In this document: in pieces, positions 47,201-57,780 of the stretch
How the letters are laid out: every line of letters begins with the position of its first letter
How positions within the stretch are numbered: the first letter of the stretch is position 1
Assembly: GCA_051362555.1 (NCBI GenBank)
Contig: CM120644.1
Location: 11,988,567-12,052,566, forward strand
Direction of reading: 5' to 3'
Length of the DNA stretch: 64,000 nt
Source: Lingula anatina
Lineage: Eukaryota > Animalia > Brachiopoda
The notes under the pieces: model-generated
What the model was told of the DNA's origin: nothing
Seen by the model: only the letters and a program-made list of their open reading frames with translations
The model's database searches: none
Translations under genes and position numbers: made by a program

Positions 47201-50200
47201 TCATACCTTCGTTGACCATTTACTAACACACACACACACACGTTACACTATTTCCTTACCTTGTCCCTGGTAACTTTCTCTGTCAGGCCACCATCAACCA
47301 TCTTCTTGAGAGTTTTCTCCTTGCTCTGAGCTTGCCTGGCCAGCTTGGCACTGCCGTGACCAAACCTGGCTATGTAGTTCTGGGGGGTAAATCATAGCTC
47401 AGTTAATATCATTGAATGGCACAAAGGACATATACTGTATGTAGATCAAGGACAGGAAGTCCCCACAGCAACTGTTTCTTTCTTATCATACTAGAACATT
47501 CAAACAGACAAATCTACTCTAAGTGTGTTGACAATCTTGACCTTTTCATAAGACAGGCTAGTAAAACTTAGTCTGAAATACATGGGTGTAGGTTGTAAAA
47601 ATTGATAATTCTGAAAACTCATCTTACAATTTCTAACCCCATTTAGACCATATGAAAAAAACAATCAAAATGAAGAATGAAAATCCTAAAACCTTGAACC
47701 AATGGAAATACTTATACCTGCCGTCTAAACAGAACTGAGAAACATTTAAATCAGCAAAATAATGCTCAAGTCTTATCCATTAAATTTTCATTCAATGTTT
47801 ACTGTGTACAAATCTGAACATGATCTAGTCTCTTCACAAGCACGCACGCAAACACACACACACGCAGCAAAGAATGAGCTGCCCCTACCTTCATATGAGC
47901 AATCTGATCCTGCTCCCAACGATACTGCTTCATCTGGTTCTCCTCCAACTCGTACCTGGTCTGCATGAAGGAATCGTAGTTACCCTGGAAACAAAACAAG
48001 AGCAACACATAGTAACTCTAGATTTTTTGGGAAATACCAACACCTGGAGCTGACTTGAAGTCTTATTCTGCAAATTGGTTTTATTCCATTGCATAAGACT
48101 CTCGACTTAATTCCATAGGCAGTTTTATTGCTGAGCTGCACTTCACAGTACACATAACATACATCTATGTGTGCACTTATGAATTTGCTACAGGTAATAG
48201 CCATCATCTATATGGCTATCTATAATACTGATTTTTTTTTTTTCACTGTTTCTGCCTGTAGCAAATAATTTGCAATTTTTCTTAATTTCAGAATGAAAGT
48301 CTTAAATTGAGGATAGACAAAAACTGTGTGGATAAAAGAAAAACAAAATACAGAGTAAAAATCCTTCTTTGACAACTTACTCCGTAGTATTTTAGCTTCT
48401 TCTTCTGCATGTGGATGATATTGGTGCACACATTGTTCAGGAAATCTTGTGAGTGTGAGATCATCACCAGCATCCGAGAATAACTGAAAGACAAGTTATT
48501 TTCATCCTATATTAATGTACCCTGGATGGGAGAGGAAGGGAGGGGGGAGCTTACCATTGATCTGGTTTGTCTGGTGATGTCAGGCAGACTATTTACAGTT
48601 TGGGTTTTGCACATTTCTGAGCAAGTAATAACAATTCATTTTCTTTTACACAACATTGCATAGAAAAAAAGTGGACCTTTAAAAATTATCAAGAAATACA
48701 AGCGCAGAAGGCCAACAGCCCTATATGCAACATGTAAACATCAGGATTTCCCAAAAGTTTGGGGAGACCTTCATTTAATTTTTTTATCGAAATTGAACAC
48801 ACAGTCATGATCTTTTTAACTGAATGAAGTTATCAAGCCAAACCAATTATTGAAAAAAAAATTCATCTATTTTCCATTCAAATGTAATTCTTTTTTTTCA
48901 TTTTCTATCCAATCATGTTCTGTTCAAACAAATTTGAGAAACAAATTGTATCCCCTTTTATACAGTGTGCCATCAACAACTTTTGTATCATAACTGAGAA
49001 TCAACCATCAGATGAATAAACAGTGACAAGTAAAACATAAAGGTGTATCACTTGTGTGCATGTTTAACGTAAAGGGTAAAATTCTGTAGAGTTGCATTTA
49101 TATTCTGGAAATTTGACCTTTCAGGATACAAATCAATTATCTATCTGAGAACTTTTGATAATTTTAATTACTATAAGGCCACTGGAAATTGTTAACCCGG
49201 ACTGGAAAACCCCTTTAAAAAGTCTTACTTTTTAAGCTCAGATTCCAGCCACACGCAAGCGTCCAAGTCTAAGTGGTTGGTGGGCTCGTCAAGAAGTAGC
49301 AAGGCTGGTTTGATGAACAAAGCCCTCGCCAGTGACAGACGCATTCTCCAGCCACCAGAGAAGTTCTTCACCTAAGTGAGAGAATGTTTATATGTTTATG
49401 TTTATAAATGTTGATATTAGGAGTATTATCAGAACACAATTATCATTTATATACTTTAAACATCTTACCTCCACCAGTATTCCATTTTTTCCACAGCATC
49501 ATTTTTAGTTACTCCCAAAAATGTTCTTTCTGACATAAAACCCCATTTGCCTTTTTTCAAACTTAGTAATCTTTTCCAGATATTACCAGCAAAATGTTCT
49601 TTAAAGGTATTTTAGAAAAAAAAAAATGAAGAGGTACCGCAGTATGTTGCATCCCCTGTGTGAAGCCCAAACCACGCAAAATATTTGCCGCTTTTGCCTC
49701 AGCCTTGTTAGCATCCAAGTCATCCAGACGGTCATAAACCTCCATTAGCCTTTCATGAATGAGGTCTGGAAAATAAACAATAAAAGGAACTTAGTCAAGA
49801 GAAAAAAGTTTTTAAAAAATCATATGTTCAATATCTGTTGTTGCCTATAAAGTTTGAAAAAAAAAATAATAATACACACATTTACGACAAAAAGGCATTT
49901 TTCACCATTATTATTTCAGTAAAATATTCAAGCCTAGTTTGTTAAAGTGCAGGAGATCAATTAGTGTGCATTAACAGAGTGGAAGCAAGAAAAACACACT
50001 CTTCCTGTTACTTATTTTGAAGTAAAAAGGTATGCTACTTATTTTGAAATAAAAAAGTAAAGTTTTTTTTCTTTTTTAATTTTGTATCTTTGATGAAACA
50101 GATCAGCAGGCTGTGTATAATATAATAAGTCAATCGTAAAAACCAGAATCACTTGAAAAAAAAAAACAAAACAATTACCATCATCCCCTCGATGGGACAA

Positions 50201-51441
50201 ATCCTCAGCCTCTTTCTCAAGCCGTATCCTTTCCTCGTCAACCTCCATGACTACCTCCAAGGCAGTTTTATCGCTGGGTGGCATTTCTCGCCGTAAATGA
50301 AATATATCTATGTGGTCTGGTATAGGAACCTCTCTGTTGCCCAGGACTGATAATAATGTGGACTTTCCTGGAAAGATGAGGGAAATATATACATCAATGA
50401 TGACATTTTACGGGCACTTAATATCTTTTCTGATGAGAGATGAGAGATAAAGACTCTGAATAAAAGTTAAACTGTAGTTAAATTTGCAAAACCTTCCATT
50501 TTAGAAATTGTATGAAACATGTTCAAGATACTGCTTGAAAGTAAACAGTATCAAATGTCCAAAATTATAATAATACTTTATAATAATTCACCCCATAAAA
50601 TGGCTAACAGTTTGAACAACTTTCGAAACTATATTGTTATACTGTTATCTATGTACCAGTAAGACTTTATTGTCTGCCATCCTTCCTCATCCAAATATTT
50701 TCCAACCGAAAATCAAACTGAACTCACCACACCCATTTAGCCCAATCAGGCCATACCGTCGCCCACAGTTGAACTCTGCACTTGTATCAGTGAGTATTTC
50801 TGCTCCGTGAAATGTAATGGTCAGCTGATCTAGCTTAATGTCCCTGCTGTCAGGATGTGACGCTAACACACCCGTGCATGCTCGAAATTTGGCAGCAAGG
50901 TCAAGGCCATCGAACTCGGCAGCCAGATTGGCATCAACAACATCTGTTGAGGAGAGAATTACTGAGTTTATTTGTCGATAGGGTATATCATCAGATATAC
51001 AAGTCCTTCAAATAAATAACAAAATATTTTTCAAAACAGCATCTCAGAGGTGATAATTCTGATAAAATGCCATTCTTAAACATAATTATCAAGTTATAAT
51101 ATAGTATGGTCAGACTAGACAGGTGAAAAAATAATTTCTAACAATCCTGAACAGTGGTACATATGATCTAAAAACAGGATATTACGCAACTATGAACAGA
51201 CCATGAAACACAAGAAGAGATTAGGGACTGAAACCAAGAGACTTGAGATGATCTCACCTGTTCCATTCTGTTTAGCCTCTCCACTGGCTTCCCCTGCTCC
51301 ATTCTGTTTTGGAATTCCATTTTCCTCAACAACATTTTCTTCAGCAACTCCATTTTCTGTCTTTGTAGGCTTTTTCTGTCCTCTCTGCTTTGCTGCCTCT
51401 TTCTTCTTTGCGTCACGCTTCTTTTTGGCATCAGAAGGCAT
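44217..51441 (-). CDS. ABCF2: ABC-F family ATPase ABCF2, 631 aa. Exons 51258-51441, 50728-50943, 50179-50367, 49638-49765, 49229-49371, 48381-48483, 47889-47984, 47260-47379, 46891-46980, 46479-46589, 45794-45856, 45283-45411, 44622-44825, 44217-44336; non-coding first exon near 52297+
   Basis: Start [18 protein letters not shown]. Two nucleotide-binding domains: [29 protein letters not shown] and [28 protein letters not shown]. Linker [21 protein letters not shown]. Exon lengths sum to 1896 nt in frame. Confidence 0.97.
45137..45254 (-). ncRNA. Intronic box C/D snoRNA, U22/SNORD22-like
   Basis: Box C GTGATGA (45244-45250), internal TTGATGA, box D CTGA (45141-45144). TCTTACTCTCTGTC (45225-45238) matches a motif I recall after box C of vertebrate U22. 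The terminal stem is short. Confidence 0.6.
45595..45717 (-). ncRNA. Intronic box C/D snoRNA/scaRNA, SNORD89-like copy A (123 nt)
   Basis: 6 bp terminal stem CTGAAG/CTTCAG, box C ATGATGA (45704-45710), box D CTGA (45601-45604). AAAAGGCCGAG is complementary to U2 nt 8-18 and GAAGCGAT to U2 nt 1-8. Paralogous to copy B. Confidence 0.8.
45953..46101 (-). ncRNA. Intronic box C/D snoRNA/scaRNA, SNORD89-like copy B (149 nt); predicted U2 snRNA guide
   Basis: 8 bp terminal stem GTCTGAAG/CTTCAGAC, box C ATGATGA (46086-46092), box D CTGA (45961-45964). Three antisense elements match the U2 5' end. Sense to the host gene, ~95 nt upstream of the 3' splice site. Confidence 0.85.
46135..49027. repeat. 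Pair of paralogous intronic blocks in ABCF2 (46135-46349 and 48789-49027)
   Basis: Shared AAGTTATCAAGCCAAAC, TCTATTTTCCATTCAAATGTAA and GTGCCATCAACAACT...ACTGAGAAT.AACCATCAGA...AACAGTGAC; the 46.2 kb copy lacks ~50 bp. Confidence 0.85.
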
Positions 51442-52296
51442 GTTTAGTTCTTAATCTGAATCAAAAATTGAAAATCAGACAAAAAACAATTAATAATTTG
51501 AATAAAATATATCTGGCCTGTATGACAGTCAAACAGTTTCTTTAATTGATAGTATAGAATCTGACAGAGGTACCATATGACAATTCAAAGAAATGTTTAA
51601 ATTGTACTGCTCAGTCTGATAATTTTTGGTCTATCACATAAATAAGCCTCAGTTCATCTCATGCAGCTGTTAACTATTCTTTAAGAATATAGCAAATATA
51701 TCATGCCTATCCTTTTCAGTGAATCACTAGACCATATCATCTGTGAAATACAAAAGAGACAACTGGGTGAAATCCCAAATGCTGCTGGTCACTACGTCTA
51801 CTTTACCTGATACCAAAAACAACAAGTCGAGAAAAGATGTTGTAACTCAGACCTCGTCTATACATCCGGTGATAACCATACAAAAAGAAAACCCACACCG
51901 AAAGAGCTCAACAATGCCATTTGCCAACCTCCCAACAATGAACTCTCAAAAACGCACCGGCGTTTCACTTTTTATAATTCTACCTGTCATTCAAATACCA
52001 CACCTCAATATAATTGTTGTATGTTTAATGTCAACAATCAACAAGATGTAGTCTGATAACTCTTCTGTTATAAAAAAAATCGTGTCCGGCCGATAAAATA
52101 CGTCTCCATACGTCATTCTGAATAGCCATTGAGGTGATTTTACAGGCGAAAACGACCCTAGTTGTCAAGGCTAATTTACCCATTTAGATTACAGTAAATA
52201 CTAAATACAAAACTAAGTAAAGTTCTAAATATTATAAAGGATTCATAACAAATCTTAAATTATACATCCAGTATGATTTTGAGTAACAAAACGTAC

Positions 52297-52747
52297 CTTC
52301 CTTCTCACCTTACTTATTCCGCCAAATGTCTTTACATGTGCTTTGACTATGGCGAATATTGGATGACCACATATGGAAATTTCCGTTGTGGGCGGAATCA
52401 CCCGATTAGCATCTAGCTGCAGTAAATTTATACAAATGGTACATTGGTAGAAACTAGCACAGCAACTTGTCATTCTTTATCGTTTTGTTTTAAAAAAAAG
52501 ACTCTAAATGTCTTTAAATAACATATTAGTAAACATCAAAGGTATATTTTATTGCTGAAAGAAAACGTTTTTAATATAATTCCCCCATTTAAATTTCTGC
52601 GAGGCTATTACAAAACAAACGTGAAAAGTGAAACATGGAGCAGTTTCACAAGTGCGTGTAAATTCTTGCAATTGTCTATTGAATCAACAATTCATAACAC
52701 GCAGATGAGTTAACCACTAAGGTACTAGTCTGTCTTATACCAGAGAA
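52297..52747. promoter_or_regulatory. Probable bidirectional promoter, ABCF2 / USP40
   Basis: ABCF2 5' UTR exon donor (AAG|GTACGT at 52297) is ~450 bp from the USP40 ATG; GGGCGG box near 52390. Confidence 0.6.
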
Positions 52748-53733
52748 ATGTTTGGTGACTTATTCGAGGCCGAAGAGGACGCAGAAACTTCCTTAAATCA
52801 GGCCAGTGGAAGGGTCCACGGCTTGGAGAGCCCTCCGCCGCCGCGGCTCCCAAGCGGCTTGTGTGGGATAAAAAATCAAGGCGCGACCTGCTATCTAAAT
52901 TCCTTGCTACAGACTCTGTTGTATACACCAGAGTTTAGAGGTACAGTTCAGTGCTTTTTTTTTTTTTTTTTTTTTGCGAAATATTTGTTATCTTTTTTTC
53001 CTTCTCTGCTGACTTGTCTGGGCTTGCCTTGCGAAGTTATTTTGAAACTTGAAAATTGCTCACAGTATAGCAATGTAATGTAGGTCTTATAAATCATTTT
53101 TGGCTTAATTCAGCCACATCAGAAGCATGGCTTTTTTCACAAATAAATTTATATTAGCAAATGAACATTTTGAGATACAGTATTTATGTAAACAAATTAT
53201 TGTATTTCAGAGTCGTTATTTCAACTTGGACCTAAGGATCTTGGTTGCCTACAGGATAAGGATAAACCAGGATCAAAGGTAAATTAGATGATAACATAGA
53301 TCTAGGCCCATTGCCGGTAAATTTAACTTAGTCAAATCATAGTATAGTGTTTTTAGAGTGTTTATCAGTTGAACATATATAATTGATCATACATACATTT
53401 GGATTATTTCCAGGTGCGAGTTATTCCAATTCAGTTGCAGAGACTGTTTGCCAGGTTGCTGCTCTGTAATCAGCAAACTGCCAGTACAACAGAGCTAACA
53501 GACAGCTTTGGCTGGACAAATAATGAGGTTTGTGTACGATAATTACTTGATCTTTTAAGCGAGGGAAAATTGTGTATTTTACAGATACTATATTTTTAAA
53601 GTAATAATTTCTTAAAATTAGGACATTCGATCCTATTGAGTGGAAGTGACAAAATTAAAAAGCAGGCCACTAAAGTTTGATAATTTTTGCCCATTGAAAA
53701 GATCCAATAAGTACTGTTCTCTGCCACCTTTTT

Positions 53734-53772
<39 letters not shown>

Positions 53773-56700
53773 CATTTGCACATTCTGTCACTTCTTTGCT
53801 CTCTCATTAATTAACTGTATGTCCTCCTTTTATCTATCTGTCCATAACAATAATAATAATCACAAAAAGAATACAGTAACTATATACAGTAACACTTCTG
53901 GCATTTGGCTAGATTGAATATTTTTCCAGAAATAGCTATAAAGAATGATTTGGCAATCCACATGGCTAGTAACTTTCACTGTCCATTTTCCTCTGTATAA
54001 CCAATATGAACTTCATATTATCAGAGTCTACAGCAGCATGATGTTCAGGAGTTGAACCGTATACTGTTCAGTGCAATAGAGGATTCTTTGGTTGGCACTG
54101 CCAGACAGAGCCTTATCCAGGAACTCTACCATGGGACCATTGTGAATAAGGTGTGTATATGTCAGTGCAGTGGTTGAAATGGACTGATGGATTTAGAAAA
54201 TGATCCATTTAGCACCAGCAGATTTAATGTTTAAGGGTAATCAGGAGCGTAGATATTATTTTTGTTAGGTTGATAGTTTTATAAAAATGTCCCTCAGCAT
54301 CCCTTAGCTGTACATAATTACAAGAGATTCATATTGAACAGGGTGTGAATGGTTTATGTGCCTAATCAGAACCTTTTAACAAAGGCCCTGTGGACATTGA
54401 GAAAGAACACTCAATTCATTGTATTTGTAATTGTAAATTTGAGATATTCTGAACCATCAATATCTATCGTGTGTGTGTTTTTTTTTTTCAAATATTAAAG
54501 TCAGTGTTTTGTATTGTCAATTCCAGATTATTTGCCAAGAATGTGGAAGAACCAGTGAAAGACAGGTGAAAACAACACTGATATGAGATATAATTTAAAA
54601 AGCTGTAACTCAGTAGTATCTCTCTCTCAGAAATACTATTGACTGGTCACCTATCAAATGATACTGTCAACCTCCTAAATCTGAAAAGTAAACCTTCATA
54701 TATCAAGTTTCTTAGTATGTTGAAGAGAGAGAGAGAGAGATCTTATTTTTTTACCTTTCAGGAGGACTACCTGGACCTACCTGTCACTGTGGTGGACACA
54801 GGAAGTCTTGAGGAAGGACTTTGTAACTGTTTTGTGGAGATGGAGACCATGGATGGCAAGAACCAGTACAGATGTGAGGGATGCAACAGACTGGTCAATG
54901 CCAGAAAGGTAAAAGTGAAAGAAAATGGATAGAGTGCAAGAACAGGGTTGGTATTATGTGATTTTGGTTTTAATATGGGTATAACAGGAGAAGTAAAAAA
55001 TTATTGAATGATATTATCTAAGAGATGTTTGAACGCTTTCAGTTGAACACATGATGTGTTTTTTCAAGTTTTAATTAAAACTTACTTTGGCTTTTGGCAA
55101 TTTTTTTTTTTTTTTTTTTTTTTTTTTGTCAATTTGTGCTTGATATGGCAAAATAATTGAGATTTGTCTGGATGAAAAAATGTTTACATGCTACCTTTGA
55201 TATTTTTCTGAAATGCCTACACTGACTTATTTTCCAATTTCAGGGCGCAAGATTGAAAAGTTTACCTCCCATTTTGACATTTTCCTTGCTCAGATTTAGT
55301 TTTGATTTTGTAAAAATGGAAAGATACAAGGTAAATCTTGAAAAAGTGACTGAAATTTTGAAACAGTAAATTTGATCAGATTTATAACATTTCATGCCAA
55401 ACTACATTGCATTATCTAGTATGCAGAAATCCCTAAAGAATGATAACAAAAAATGCTTTAGAATTAAGTTACAGATTGAATACTTTTTGACTTGCATAAG
55501 TTTTAGTGTGTTACAAAGCCTTCATTGTTTTAGAAATTTTGAAAAAAAAAATGAGGCAATGTTCTTTAAATGTTCTTGAATTTTTGTAGGAGACAGGAAA
55601 GTTCACTTTTCCTCGTGAGATAGACATGGGATTTTTCTGTGATGATGTAAGTTTCTGGGTCTGCATGGTGGTGATAATATCTTTTAACTGTTTTTAAATG
55701 TGTTCAATTGAAAATTGTTCCATAATAGATGGCATATGACACAGGCTATTTAAAATGGTAAAGAACTCTTCAAATTACATTTGCCCAAGTAATCTAAGGT
55801 AATTGTTTCATGATCCTTCACTTATTATTTTTTCTCAAAGGGACATTATTTTCAATTATATGTTTGTTCTTCAGCCTGAAGATGCAGACACATTATATGA
55901 ACTCTTCTCAGTTGTTATTCATACGTAAGTCAATATTTTTTGAAGAAGTGTACATTTTTTGATAGAATTCAGCTCATTAATCAATATTTGGAAAGCATAA
56001 TTTTTACTTGCATTGTTTGGGTTTAAGGAATAATTGTCAGCAAGATATAGAAGATTGCTAAAAAAATGCATAAAAATTTAACACTAAGTCTGTTTTTTTC
56101 CTTCTGTGAGAAGCAGCACTGAATAATTAGAGCATTCTGTTTCCGTAGGTTTCTGTAGATTTAATATGCAGCCTTATAATTGATGCATCCTAAGAATAAA
56201 CTCATCCTTTATAATGTTCCCGTTGTTTTCCAGGGGTAGTGGCTTTGGTGGTCATTATCATGCTTATATCAGAGATGTGGACAATCTGGGCAAGTGGACA
56301 GCACCTGTAAGTCCGTTTATTAAGTTTATTTATTTTATGAAGAAAGAATGACCAGACATGTATAAGAATAATAAACCAAAAATTGCTGTGGTATTCCAGT
56401 TTGCTTTTTTTCACTGATATTAGATGATTTATCCAGTCATAGTTAAATGAAAATCAGTCAACTTATTGACTTTTTTTGATAAATTTGGGAGGGATTAGTT
56501 GTTGGAGACTTAAGTTTTGCATAAAGAATAAATTATTTGGACCAAAGATGGATAACAGAAATATCTTACTGCTTAGCCCCAGAGCAACTATTTACAAAAT
56601 GAAACTGATTGTTCTATGTTTTTCAGGAAAATGCCGAGATCTGTCTTCCTACAGACCCCTCCACTGGTAAAGTAGACTATATAGAGTTTGAGTCACCAGT

Positions 56701-57721
56701 AGAACTGGTTCAAGCACTGCTCTCTAGGGAGGGGAGGCAGGGAATGCCAGTGGATAAACTATGCACTGTAAGTTTGTCAAGATTGTTTTAGACACCCTGT
56801 TGGGGTGATAAGTATTTTTAATCTGTGTCGGTGTTTGACAATAACAATTTTGAGCACTTGGCCTCCAAGACAAGAATTTTATTTGCCCAAAGAGAGGATT
56901 GACTCAAATTCATTTTTGATCTGGAATTTTTATGGTGATGTAATTTTTCACCAGTGAAAATATTTTTCCCCATTTATGATTAGTTTGTTGCTGAATTAAA
57001 CGTGATTTTGTACTTTTTCTTTAGGAAATGGTCAAACAAACTGGAGTTTCTTGGAACAAAAGGTTCAAGAAAACCTATGGGCCAATTAACAAGGTACAGT
57101 TATGCCTTGTTTATTTTAATTAATCTGATAGATAACAAACGCTATGAAGCAGGGAGGTAGGAATGCCACCTGATTCAAGGAGTAAACTTTTTTGCTGCAT
57201 TGACATGACAAATTCTTGTTGCTCATTTATGTCCATTTGTCTCCTTTTAATTTGTAAATCTTTTCAAATAGTAGATGTTACTTCAACTAAATAATGTTCA
57301 ACAGCTGTGTGCTTAGCCAAGCCTTGCCTGACTTCTGAATTCATTTTATTCTAATAGAGAATGATATGATTTAATACTTAAAAAAAAGCATGATCTTTCA
57401 TTACACTACTTTTGAATATTCTTCTTCCAGTTTTTGAAAAAATTTGATGACAAATTTGTGCTCAATTCTGATGTTAACTGGGTGTACTTACAAGAATATA
57501 CAGGATGTCTACAAGGAAGCAATCCAGTTGGTCAATCATTGTCACATGATGTCAATAACCAACGAAGTAGAGAGGGGGGAAACAAAGTCTCAGTACATGC
57601 GCATAATGAAAATCAACAGCAGAAATGCAACAAAATGACAGAGAAGACTAGGTTTGTTCTTGTTTTTCTTTTTGCTGTGTACATATTCTATCATAAGGTG
57701 TGTGGGTATGTTTGTGTCGCT

Positions 57722-57780
<59 letters not shown>

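Noticed and set aside
47170-47243. (GT)n/(AC)n intronic stem as a GU-repeat scaRNA
   Set aside because: No box C; explained by two opposed microsatellites
47394-47495. ATGATAA...CTGA C/D-like pair
   Set aside because: Degenerate box C and box D too close to the acceptor
51838-52065. AGGTCTGAG and TCAGACTAC on the - strand resembling RNase P RNA CR-I and CR-V
   Set aside because: Order is reversed, the GGAA of CR-I is missing and no other conserved regions were found; likely a simple stem or chance
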